Positions 1 through 11,689 of a stretch of DNA of 64,000 nt are shown here, piece after piece. How positions within the stretch are numbered: position 1 is the stretch's first letter; every line of letters begins with the position of its first letter. The notes below the pieces were generated by a model that saw only the letters and a list, made by a program, of their open reading frames with translations, was not told the DNA's origin and ran no database searches. The position numbers and the translations under genes are program-made. Source of the DNA: Octopus sinensis (lineage: Eukaryota); assembly GCF_006345805.1 (NCBI RefSeq), contig NC_043004.1, positions 107,012,001 through 107,076,000 on the forward strand. The letters run 5' to 3'.

Positions 1-4
1 TTTT

Positions 5-180
5 TAATAGTTAGGAGGACTGGCCTTTTGCTAGCCCATCTGGGAAGAGATGATCTATATTAGTCTAGCCTCTCGCCTTTGACTTCTCAACCAAGAGCTT
101 AGCTTTTTGACTTGTCTACAGGCTTAGCTCTCTGGGTCATTGAGGCGCACAAGCTGCCACACCGCAACAGGGTGCAGGAC
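5..180 (-). mobile_element. RTE-clade LINE 5' leader
   Basis: ccctgttgcggtgtggcagcttgtgcgcctcaatgacccagagagctaag resembles the conserved RTE (BovB/Rex3) 5' motif; homologous to 6738-6900. Confidence 0.6.
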
Positions 181-242
181 AACTCACCACCGCCGACTCA
201 CCACCGCCAACTCACCACCGCCAACTCACCACCGCCGACTCA
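181..242. repeat. 14-bp minisatellite (actcaccaccgccR) x4
   Basis: Direct tandem copies visible. Confidence 0.9.
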
Positions 243-249
243 ACATAGC

Positions 250-500
250 TGACTCAAAACCATGACATCTGAACAACATTATTATCATGCAGGGCTTATA
301 TTCAATATCATCGTGCACTTCACGTCTAATATGGGTCTCCGCTGTATTGGGCTGCTTGAAGATGGTCCTCGTCAACCTACCACCGTTGTCATTGATGATG
401 TTCTGAACCTGCAGGACTAACTGGGCTGTTATTGCCTGACTGCTGAGAAAATTTTCTTTTGGTCTTGGATTATACTTCCATATCAATAGCATTCAATTCT
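250..500 (-). mobile_element. Degenerate Tc1/mariner transposase N-terminal (HTH) fragment
   Basis: VQNIINDNGGRLTRTIFKQPNTAETHIRREVHDDIEYK resembles the mariner/maT HTH pattern S.R.IA.ELNVSE.TIRR.VHEDL.YK. Confidence 0.45.
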
Positions 501-3309
501 TTCCAGACCATTTTTTTTCGGCAGTAGGAACTCCGAGTACGGTGTGTCTTTTACTTTCCCTGCGGGACTGAAACCTATGCAACTGATACGTCAGAAAGAG
601 AAATGAAAAAGTTACAATTTAGTGTATACTGTGTGACATTACTTTAGATCGTCTTCCATTTAAGACTCACAAAAATGTGTTCACAAACACTCGGCATAAC
701 CTGTATGTGGTGTAGCGATAATATCGCTGTAATTTAATATCAGAGCAGTGTTGTAATGGAGAATGGGGATCAATTAATAAGTCCTTTTATTCTAATGGCT
801 TCGTTCTTCGAATTGCTGCTCACTGGAACTCATTACTATCGTCTTGTTTTCATTTGGTCTCTGATATTCAGTCCTTTAACCTATCTGTCAACCGAGGAGG
901 AATTACAACCATGTTTCGTTGTCTGCTACCACAACAGCTCCTTTATAGGATCCAGTTAGCTCGAGACATCATCAGGAGGAACCACGTCCGGTTTCGACCC
1001 CTACTCCTCTACCGTTTTGACGTGGAGCGCGCCCCACCCCACCCTTTCGGAGGTGTCTTCAGCTCTGGTGTTGAGTGCATGTCTTCTTTCGCCTTCTTTC
1101 TTCTGTTCCCTGGCCTCTTCGATGTAGCGTCACCGAGTGTCGGCGGGCGACTGACTGTCTTGTCAAATTTCCCTTTAAATACCCGCTGCTGGGCGCCAGC
1201 TCTTTTTGCTGCTTTGTTGTCTCTTACGCTACCGTAGACTAAAACCTTGTTTGGGGCAACACCATTGTAGAAATATACTGTGCAGGCAGTTTCAAAATAA
1301 TATAATGCGAGGAGAGAGATGTGGCATTGTAGCATTGCCAGAATATAGTGTTGTGAAGGTTGTGGATGCAATGGTACGGTAATATAGAATGGAAGTAACG
1401 TTCTCGAAAAGTTTTAGAAATTTAGGAGCACAAAAATCTTGTTATACATATTTTTTTCTCATGACAAAAGTATTTTTTCTCATTTTATACTTACAGAAGG
1501 TGAGTAACCTTTTGTGCACTGTTTGCAAAATGTTATTGTGTGCGCACACACCAACAATTTGAACAGAACACTTCATGAAAAAAATAGTGTATTGTGATGG
1601 CAGTGTTGTAATTTTGTGAAGAAGATGCATTGTAAAAATGTAGGATAAAGTCAATGTAATAGTAATGTAGTAATAGTGAAAATTGTGGTCTGTAGTTTCA
1701 TAGTACAGAATGAGACCTCACACAGGCAACGTTTGTTTGCGAAAGCAACACTGTTTATCATATTGTTCTAGTTGCCTAATATCCGTAATATGTAATAATG
1801 TCAGAGCTGAGAATGTATTCACTGTATTTTTCTCAGATGCTGAAACCTACGTTATTTATGCCAACGTGAGGTCTTCTACCCTCAAATCATACACTACCAT
1901 CTTAAAAAGATGAGAACACTTTCGATAATGCTGTCGCATATAAATATGAAAAGGTTATTGGTGGAATGCTTTACATCGTGTGTCTGTTTCATCAGCGCTA
2001 AACATCAATGGCAGAAAGCCAAAGTCTATGGAGTCGCTCAACCAGCTTGATATAACAGACAACTCGCCTTAAAATCGATGGGAAAAAGATTGGGTGGTTA
2101 TGCTTGAGAGCGTATTTGATCACATGTTTACTCGAGCAAGGCTAACTTCTGATTAAACAAGTACAACAACGACAACTTTTCACTGTGGCCTGTGTTAATT
2201 AAACAGTATCAGCTTCTCTCCGGCGGTGTCTGGCCACAAAATGAAATAGATCCAATGATCGACTGAACTACCTATCCATGGTATTATAATGTAAAACAAC
2301 TGACTAGACTACGGACACACATCCTTCAAGCAGAATCCAACGCAACACAGCGTTTCACAAAGTTGGGTTCTCTGAGTTACATGTACAGTGTTTCAGACAG
2401 GCTTTCGAGCAGTTTCAGTCAAGCCAATATTTTATTTACAAAACTTGAGTCATCCTGAGATTTTGGTTCAAGACTCATTCCTCGAAGTATTGCACAGTAG
2501 TATAGAAATAGCAACCGAATCTCACCCAACAGGATTGGCCAATACAAGAGGTAATGGATAATGTAGATTTCTTTTTTTTTTTAACACGGCTTAGTCACAA
2601 GAAGAGCAGAGCCCCTGACTCTTTCAGGGTCTCTGATACGGGTAGATGGAAAGAGAAAGCAATCCTTAGATCGGATATCCAGCTCGAATCCTCGCACAGA
2701 AAGTGGACTTCGCTAAAGGGTCAGGAGGTGGTGTTAAACAGGGCAACAGATTAGAAGCACCAAAAATAAGAATTGTCCCACGATGAGCTTCCATACGATT
2801 TCAGTCTATCAAACTTCATTCAGAAGGTCTTGATCGCCCCTCATCTGTGACAGAAGGCACTGTAACAGAGATCCGAACCCTAATCGCTAGATAATCAGTC
2901 AGACACCACGAGTGAGCAACCAGTTTCATGCGATCGGTTTATAAATCAACCAATCAACGTGAAACTGTGACGTGATGTAGTTTCCTCAAATGTTCTAAAC
3001 TTTAACTGCTTGTCTCTTATAAAAGCCGTTTTTGGCGCTCAATCAATCGTAGAGAGTTGAAGGAGGCTGACTAACTCATGCGACTCCACTGTTACCAGAC
3101 AGACATCAAACGGACCGCTGACGCTACAAATCACCTCGGAGATTCGTACAGATGACTTCGTGTATTTTTTGACTGACCATATGATGTCACACAGATAGCT
3201 TTCTACATTTTCAGATCATTTTATCTCTCCTCCCACTCAGCAGTTATCAATATTGTTCATTGTAAATCGCCAACACCAAATATCATTATGTCAGCAATCA
3301 TATGTATAT

Positions 3310-3719
3310 AAAGGCAGACTTTATATCCAACTTAACGTGGATGTTTTTGTCGGAACGTTGAATACTGCGTTATTTACCTTAAGGGTACCTCTTATATGGA
3401 CGCATGGTGCATAAAAGTACGCATATTTATATTGCTGACAGACAAGAATCAGCTGCTATGGGAGTCGGAACAGCTAGGTTGCGTATTTCGACCTGCCTGG
3501 GCTCCTCAGGAACAGACGTCCGACAACCGCAAACCGGTTGAATCTCACTACCAACGATAAATAGGATTTCTGGCACTGGTGTCACAAATAGCCTGCGGGC
3601 TTATTAACAAACATATTAGGGGCCGAAGGCAATCTTTACCTCCAACTTACCAAAGGGTTCTTTATATCTAACTTAACGTGGTTATTTTGTCATCGTTAAG
3701 TTGGATAAAAATTACCTTT
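3310..3719. mobile_element. MITE-like element with terminal inverted repeats
   Basis: aaaggcagactttatatccaacttaacg at left vs cgttaagttggataaaaattaccttt at right; internal direct copy near 3661. Confidence 0.5.
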
Positions 3720-3742
3720 TTGTATTAATACTGCTTCTGTCG

Positions 3743-3777
<35 letters not shown>

Positions 3778-3819
3778 AGAGAGACAGACAGACAGACAGA
3801 CACATACATACATACATAC

Positions 3820-4590
3820 ATAAGTCAACGGTGTTGGAGAGCATAAATATTAAAGTTGAGAAAAAGTTAGCTGAACATTGGAATCCCTCTGAACATTGGA
3901 AAAGGGTTACATGTATCGTAATGATTCATGTCAATATCATGATTGTTGGTCAATGCTCTGTGAACGGTGTAAAAGCTGTAAGACGTGACATGGGCAGCAG
4001 CAACTGAGACTCGAAATCGTGACCAGAAGAAAGGGAAGCATCTACTGTTTTTACTGCGTCCGCACGCCGGAATTCATCCCCATATATTTGAACAGGGCCT
4101 TAAGCTCAATTCAGACAGCTAAGTGAAGTTACTGGAGACCGTGGTCAATCCTTGGCTAGAGAGGGTTGGTGCTGGGGGGAGGAGCCATATGTATGGCAGC
4201 AGGATTGCTTCCGGAAAAAGTCAGAAGAGGTTGTCAGAGAATTTCTACAACTTCACCGGCCCCAATTTCTGGCCTCATAATCACCGTAATTGTTATCCTA
4301 TGGTTTACTATGTGTGGGTTGAGAAAGATATCAGTCGCTCTACCTGCAGCGCCGAGGCCGAGTCGGTGGCCAAGATCAGGGTGTTCGAAGATCATCCCAG
4401 TAACACAATGAGGAAAGCATGCGCCAATTCCGGAACCGTCTTGGGACTGTAGCAGAAACTGAGTGCGAATACTCTGAGTAAATTGTTATTTACCAGTTGA
4501 TATTTTTATTTTCATTAAAATACTTTTATTTTTGATGGAATATTGCGTTTTCTTTCCTTTTAAGCCAACGGCCAAATTTAATCCGAACAC

Positions 4591-4594
<4 letters not shown>
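3820..4594 (+). mobile_element. Degenerate Tc1/mariner (maT-like) transposon, catalytic-domain remnant
   Basis: LLETVVNPWLERV...LSENFYNFTGPNFWPHNHRNCYPMVYYVW is a decayed FWPPNSPD.NPLDYYVW motif. Confidence 0.75.
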
Positions 4595-4632
<38 letters not shown>

Positions 4633-4709
4633 CGCGTGTGTGTGTGTGTATGTGTGTGTGTGTGTGCGTGTGTGTGCGTGTGTGTGTGTGCGTGTGTGAG
4701 TGTGAGTGT

Positions 4710-4747
<38 letters not shown>
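4593..4747. repeat. (TG)n microsatellite
   Basis: About 150 bp imperfect TG repeat. Confidence 0.95.
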
Positions 4748-4752
<5 letters not shown>

Positions 4753-5162
4753 CCAATTATAAAGAGTAATTTTTTTTATCTTTCTTAATAAACTGCAGCG
4801 GACCCAAACGCTTGCTTCCTGAATGGTAAAAAAATACCTTATCAAGGTACTTTCAATCGTGATTGCGCGGAATGTACTTGCCTGGGAAATAACAACTTAC
4901 TTTGCAACCCAACGCCCTGTTAAGGTAAGTAATTGCAGTATTTATTATGAAGCCAACAATGTGACGAATACTCACAAAACAAACCCTGCACGCACACACA
5001 TAATTATATAATTTATAATTCACGAAAACATTCAAGAAAACAACCAGTTAATAAACACTTTATAGTTGTAGAAGTGTCAGTATTTTTCTCAAATGCTGGA
5101 TAATGCTAACAATATAGCATGAACAGAATAAACTATCCATATTTTGCAGAAAATTCTGTCCG

Positions 5163-5236
5163 CGGCCAGGCATGAGACTCGAACTCACATGCATGTGATT
5201 ACGCGTCATGTGCTTTACCACTAAGCTAAACTGCCC
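5163..5236 (-). pseudogene. tRNA-like sequence (Thr-CGT-like), pseudogene or SINE head
   Basis: A box TAGCTTAGTGG and B box GTTCGAGTC with an intact T stem; anticodon and acceptor stems are mismatched and U33 is replaced. Confidence 0.6.
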
Positions 5237-6084
5237 GAACAGCAAATGCTTCTGCAAATTTAGGATATGCATTTTTTTATAAACTAGGAGATGGCTACTG
5301 ACATCAAGCTTAAGGATTATATAATGTACAAGTATAAAGAAAGAATTAAAGAAAAGAAGGACTCATTATATTGAATGTTATCGATAATATCGAGTGGAAA
5401 CAGGAGGTGCCGCAGCTCCGCAGGGCCTATACATGAGCCACCACTGCAATGTAATAAGGTTTCATTCATCGTTTTACCAAAGAAGCCCATCGTGTGTGTG
5501 TGTGTGTGTGTCCACCACCGCTTGACAATCTGTGTTGGTGTAGTTATGTCCCCCTAAGTTAGCGGTTCAACAAAAGACACCGATATAAGTAGCAGGCATT
5601 AAAATAAATAAGTACTCGGCTCGATTCATTCGACTAAAAATTCTTTAAGGCAGTGCCCCAGTGTGGCCGCAGATATAATCCACAAAAAATGATATTTTAT
5701 TTCTTTATTTACAGACGAACTAAACCCAATTGACCGGTGGCTGCAGAAATTGTTTGGCCGACCACTGGACGAGAATAAGAACTCAATACTTTCGTCAAGT
5801 TACTAATGATTATAACAAGATGTCGTTGTTGGTATCGAAAATAAAAACATGAACCCTATCCCTTCCCCACTCTGTTATAAATTTGTGACCCAACAGATGA
5901 GTCAGAAATGGTTATTAAAACACTGGAACACTTCTTTCTGACAATCTCATTTCTTTCCTTTCTTTTTTCTTCCTCTTTTTGCTGCGTTTTAAGTGTAATT
6001 AATCTTCGACGTTGGTCGAATGCCTAAAATCCAAACTTCCTCAGATGTCTCAGATTGAGACTTTATTATTATTGCTGATATTAA

Positions 6085-6330
6085 GGCAGTGAGTTGATAA
6101 GGCGGCGATCTGATAAGGTGGTCAACTGACAGAATCTTTAGCACGCCGGACAAAATGCTTAGCAGCATTTCGTCCGTTTTTACGGTCTGCGTTCAAATTC
6201 CACCAAGGTCGACTTTGTCTTTCATCTCTTTCGAGGTCAATAAAATAAGTACCATTTGAGCCCTAGGATCGATGTAATCGTCTTACCCCCTCCGCCGAAA
6301 TTGCTGACCCTTTGCTAAAATGTCAAACCA
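6085..6330 (+). mobile_element. SINE family B (MetaSINE-like central domain)
   Basis: gttcaaattc..aaggtcgactttg.ctttcatc...ggtcaataaaataagtacc core, repeated many times in the window. Confidence 0.75.
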
Positions 6331-6737
6331 TTATTACTGCTTAGCAGTATTTCTTCTTTAAGTTCTGGATTCAAATTCTACCGAGGTCGACTTTGCCTTT
6401 CATTGAGCATCGAGATCTTTGCAATCGACTCCCTCCACTCCTATTAAAATGCTGGCCCTAAAATTGCAAAAAATTTGAAACCATTATTGTTATTGATACT
6501 TGTTTTCAAAAGTTTGCCTGTGTGGTTATCAAAGTCTGAGGTACTGTTTTAAAGACTGGTTTTCATGTCTTTTCAACTGCTTTCATATTGAGAGAGATAG
6601 AAACTGGATCGCCGTAAAACAAAGCTCTAATGCTGCCATGCGAAATACATTATTTCAGCTTTATAGCTGCCATGAAAAATACAGAGATATCTTCAGCTAA
6701 AAACGGATATTGTTCGTTTACAATCTAACAACTCAAG

Positions 6738-7035
6738 GTCCAGTCCTTGTTGCGGTGTGGGAGCTTTTGTGCTTCAATGACCCTAAGAGTCATGCTAGAG
6801 GAACTCCAGGTGCTGAACAGGTCAAAGGATAGAGGTTACCCTAATATGAGCCATCTCTTCCCTAGGGTATGCTAAGGGCCAACATCCCTACCTAGAAAAA
6901 AATAGCAAGGTTAAAGAACCATCGATGACAATTCAAAACCAACAAGACTTAGGAGATGAAAGACAGCCCGGAATCGAAACCAGTGGAGGTAAGTCGCCGA
7001 TAGCTTATATTCCTTAGGGCGCGAATTAAGTAAGT
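6738..7035 (+). mobile_element. Short bipartite RTE derivative (5' leader joined to 3' end, TAAG tail)
   Basis: RTE-type leader ccttgttgcggtgtgggagc..tcaatgaccctaagag, then a RNRNQWR..LYS C-terminal remnant and taagtaagt. Confidence 0.55.
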
Positions 7036-8192
7036 TTGCGAAAATCTAACACAGTCTACTTTACACTATTTTAACTTCGCCAAAAAGTAAAGACTGCACT
7101 GGCTACCTTCCAACTCTTTTTCTGTCGTTATTTTACTAATCTCCGGAACAAGTGAATTGGTTACCACCTCTGCCTGAACACTCTCGATATATTCTCCAGA
7201 CTTGTTCTTGCCTTCTCTATCTATCGTAACAAAAAGCCCAATCCTTATACAAAATATTTCACCCAGACTTTTAGCTCGTAATTTCAATTCAATGCCCCTA
7301 TTACTTTCTCCCTGCTCACATCTTTCTCAGATATCATCTTCCTGAAACTTCAAATTGAACATCAGTTGCGTCATTCTCACAAGTCTGAGGCGACCCAAAT
7401 ACTGTGAGTAGAACTATTCTACTTCCTCTTAAATAAAATAGAAATATTTCCACCTATATGACCACCAAATACACTAAAACATCTCCGGTTGCAAGATATT
7501 AGTATTTAACGACTTGTGAGTCCACAAGATACATATGTAACGGGCCTAGATAGTAAAAAAATGTCTTCGTTGTTTCCTCTGTCGTTTTATTGTCAAAGCT
7601 TTCGTGGAAGCGAATAAATCAATTTGAGTGCTTTATTGCATGTTCACTTCAGATAAAGATGCAGATGAAAAGAAGATTAGAGTGAAACATTCTCAATTTA
7701 TAACTTATTCTACAAATCATTTTTATTGGGCTTAAAGCAAATATTCAAAAAATCCTATTTGAAAAAGATATCGAATATCAAATAATGGCACAAGCACACG
7801 CGCATACTCCGAAGTAAACTAAATTGTAATTCAAATCACAAAGCATAGGTTTAGAAACACCAGAATGATATTAAATAACAAAGAACGATAAGAAATAAGT
7901 AATTGTATTCGTACCCATGTACAAACACATAAACACACACATCCACAGAAAAACAATAAAAACCTTGCTGCTTATTGGAGTTTTTAACTGAAAGTATGAA
8001 TCGAAAGAAATATATTCATATAACCAATCCAATCACTATCAGAAAGCCTCATGCCAGAGTCGCAATGTAGTCGACATGACCTTCGATGTGAGGTTGCTTC
8101 AGAAGTTCAGGAAGCAAAATCAGGATCTTTTCTCTCTCTTCTATTTTCAGCTCAGAGCTGCGGCCATGCTGATGCACCGCCGTTAAATTAAG

Positions 8193-8302
8193 AAAATATG
8201 GAACGCTTCACGAATTTGCGTGTCATCCTTGTGCAGGGGCCATGCTAATCTTCTATCATGCTATCGTTCCAATTTTAGAATATGTACCGCCGTAGCTCGT
8301 AC
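8193..8302 (-). ncRNA. U6: U6 snRNA full-length copy, probably a retropseudogene
   Basis: GTAC..CATATTCTAAAATTGGAACGAT...GAAGATTAGCATGGCCCCTGCACAAGGATGACACGCAAATTCGTGAAGCGTTCCATATTTT; ACAGAGA box disrupted and no upstream TATA. Confidence 0.92.
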
Positions 8303-9010
8303 ATCGGTTCATCGCATTTGTGAATCTGTTAGAAGTCTTTGACAAATTCTGTCAACGGTTTCTGTTACCATATTCAGGATACTTTTATGGTTTGTTCGCA
8401 GAAAGTTTGGCTACTCGCCCAAATTTGTATATTTCCTCTGCCATTCCCCCACAAGAATGGTAGCAGCTAGATTTGTTGTTAGATGCGAAGATGTAGCTTA
8501 CACCATACAAGATGGGTTTCTTTTAGTTTCCGTCTACCAAATCCATTGACAATGCTTTGGTCAGCCCAGGGCTATAGCAGAAGACACTTCCCTAAGGTGC
8601 TGCGGATGGGACTGAACCTCAGACCACAATGATTGGGGAGCAAACTTCTCTTGCACACACACACACACACACTCATATTCACGTGGCTTAACAAGTGGTG
8701 GCAGTTATTACAAGGGAAATTATTTCTGCATAATACCAGGCAGGATAAGGACTATGAATGAGAAAGCAAGAAATTATAAGGGTGAAGATGCCCAAAATTT
8801 GCATATTTATTTATTTACATGCTTATTTACTATGAAATTCTTAAAATTTCTAGTCGGTGATGATGATGATGATGAGGTATAGACTATTTCAGTCTTTTTT
8901 AAAATCATCAGCATGATATAACCTATGGCTTATTAAATATGCAATATGTTACGAAGGAATACATTTCATGAAAGAATATAATTACAATCTGGAGGTAATC
9001 CTTGGAATTT

Positions 9011-9330
9011 CTTTTATTTGTTTCAGTCATTTGACTGCGGCCATGCTGGAGCACCGCCTTTAGTCGAGCAAATCGACCCCAGGACTTATTCTTTGTAAGC
9101 CTAGTACTTATTCTATCGGCCTCTCTTGCTGAACCGCTAAGTTACGGAGACGTAAACACACCAGCATCGGTTGTCAAGTGATGTTGGGGAGACAAACATA
9201 TATATACGACGGGCTTCTTTCAGTTTCTATCTACCAAATCCACTCACAAGGCTATAATAGAAGTCACTTGCCCAAGGTGCCATGCAGTGAGAGTGAACCC
9301 GGAACCATGTGATTGGGAAGCAAGCTTCTT
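9011..9330 (-). mobile_element. SINE family A copy split by the 9331-11354 insertion (remainder 11355-11380)
   Basis: Same family as 11461-11854; sequence resumes after the TSD. Confidence 0.85.
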
Positions 9331-11354
9331 TATTTCATTAAATTTGCCACAAGGGCAGCACACAGAGAGAAGCTTGAGGGCTAGACAGAGACATTAATGG
9401 GATGAATGATGATGATATATGGATGATAAGGATGGGAGAAGACGAAAAGCGCCCGCCGACTTTCGCTTCTCTAAAAAATTGTTCATTTTTTCTTTTAAAA
9501 AAAAAAAAACAATGAGGCAATAAACCTCTTACACAGTTCAAAATCAAAAATAAAACACAAACACGAGGCAATAATCCTCTCACTTTTTACATTTTTAGTC
9601 TCTTTTTGAAGTAATACACCTCTTCAATTTTCCGCCCGGCCAGGCTCCTCGCTTCATCGAAGCACCTGGTCCGTTCCGAACTTAAAGATTTCAACATAAA
9701 TCTGAAGGAGTCATACGGGAAGGAGTTCGTTATCCTGCACAGATCGTTCTCCCATATGACCTCCGCAGCCACCTGCGAAGGCCACTCAGGGTCCTCCGTG
9801 TAGGACAGAAGCCCCTCCCACCGGCACTTCCTTTCAATTTTTTTGATTTCATTTTGCAAGGTTCCTCCCTTGTGGAAGAGGACCAAAAATTCCTCCTCCA
9901 GCAGCACACCCGCCAAAGGAGAATCGGGACACGCTGGCAGCGTGTAACAACCCGCCGGCAATGTCCCGTTTTTCTTTTTCTTTTTTTTCCTTGGGCTGCG
10001 GGAGGGTGGTGTTCCCTTGCTGTGTCCAGCAGGTCCTCCTTTTCTCCTGCAGCTCTAGGTTTCTTCGGTGGGCAAGCATGTTGCCCACCTTTCGCTTTCG
10101 TTTTTCGAGGAGGTTCCCACCTCCTCGACATCCTCCTCCTTCTCTCCCTCCATTGAGGGAGAAGGGAGTGGTTCCTCTGTTAACTGCTCCAGGATCCTAT
10201 TTTGGTCCTTGGGGCAGTTTTTCTTGATGTGACCGGTCTCCAGGCACAGGTGACACTTGGGGGGGGGCGTCCCTCGAGCATCACCGGATACCTAGACCCG
10301 GCCATCCTCAAAGAATCTGGGAAAACCACAATTTCGGCTGATTGGGTCCATAGGGTCAACACAGCTTTTGACCCCTCCCAATCAGCCGCAGGCAAAATTT
10401 TTACGTTGAGCAGCTTGGTACTGCTACCACCCAGACCCCGGCGGATAGAGTCCTCTATCCACTCGGGCTCAATTCCGGGTGGCAAGCCGCAAACCCAAGC
10501 CCTCGTCAACCTCTTACCACAATGACTGGGAAGAAACATTATTTCCTTCCCCTCGAGGGGCCGGCTTGCAAAATCGCAAGCTTCTTTGGGGGAGTCAAAT
10601 AGCAACCAGACCGTTGCAAATTTGACTCCCGTGAAATAAATTTAATAGCTGGCATGTATTCTGCCAGCTCTTTCAAAATTGTGGCTTTCGGGAAGACGGT
10701 TATGGTATCGAGCGACTTTGAATAAGTCCTCAACAGCACCGTCTTCCTTTCGAGCTCTTTTAGCCATGATTTGGGAGGTGTTAATTCCCACACTAATATT
10801 TCCTTTGCCATTTTTTTTTTTAAATAATAAGTTCAAATATAATTCGTCAATACGTTTTCAAATAAAGAAAGATACACCGAAAAAGAAAGAAGACACAACA
10901 GAAGGGAAGAAAAAATAAAAATAACAGTTCAAATAAAGTTCTTTTTTTTTTAAATAAATGATAGCTGTGAAAAGAGAGTTCAAATCCAGGCAAAGAAATA
11001 AATTTTCGGCTGAAAGGTACTCCTGGCCAAATCTTTTAATCCACGTGGGCACAAACATTTTCAAATACAATTTCTCACAATTATGTGAGACAACACACAC
11101 GTCTCCATCGCAAGGCAGACAAAAAGCTTCGAATCCAGTAAGGACTCCCTGCCTGTTCAAAAAAGTTAAAACCATCAGACAACAAATCCTACCGGACTCA
11201 AAAAGCAAAAAGTCTTACCTTACAGCGTCTTTCAGTTCAACTTTCGTCAGCTGCATACCAGCGTGACGACTTCAACAGGTGCGTGAAGAACAGTTTTTGT
11301 TCTTTTTTTCTTTTGAGGACGGAGCTCAGAGCGAGGCGTCCTCTCAGTTCAACC
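9331..11354 (-). mobile_element. 2.0-kb ORF1-only non-LTR retroelement (HAL1-like) with CCHC zinc knuckle
   Basis: 15-bp TSD ggaagcaagcttctt at 9316-9330 and 11355-11369; frameshifted ORF from ATG 10811 to about 9587 with KCHLCLETGHIKKNCP; no EN/RT motifs. Confidence 0.8.
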
Positions 11355-11460
11355 GGAAGCAAGCTTCTTACCACACAGCAACACACACACGCACACACAC
11401 ATATATATAGGTTGTTGGTGCAAACAGGAAAAATAGAACTCAAAATGTGAGTATATTACT

Positions 11461-11651
11461 CTTTTACTTGTTTCAGTCATTTGACTGCGGCCATGCTGGA
11501 GCACCGCCTTTAGTCGAGTGAATCGACCCCGGGACTTATTCTTTGTAAGGCCAGTACTTATTCTATCGGTCTCTTTTGCCGAACCGCTAAGTGACGGGGA
11601 CGTAAACACACCAGCATCGGTTGTCAAGCAATGCTAGGGGGACAAACACAA

Positions 11652-11689
<38 letters not shown>

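Noticed and set aside
4486-4845. His/Thr-rich ORFs (and similar HT, YI, CV ORFs elsewhere)
   Set aside because: Translations of (TG)n and (TA)n microsatellites.
5163-5236. Functional tRNA-Thr(CGT)
   Set aside because: Anticodon and acceptor stems are mispaired and U33 is absent.
7066-7287. 73-aa minus-strand ORF as an exon of a second gene
   Set aside because: No recognisable domain and no convincing splice-site pair or partner exons.
11222-11275. CTGACGA...GAAA in the HAL1-like leader as a hammerhead
   Set aside because: Stems I and III and an NUH triplet cannot be formed without indels.
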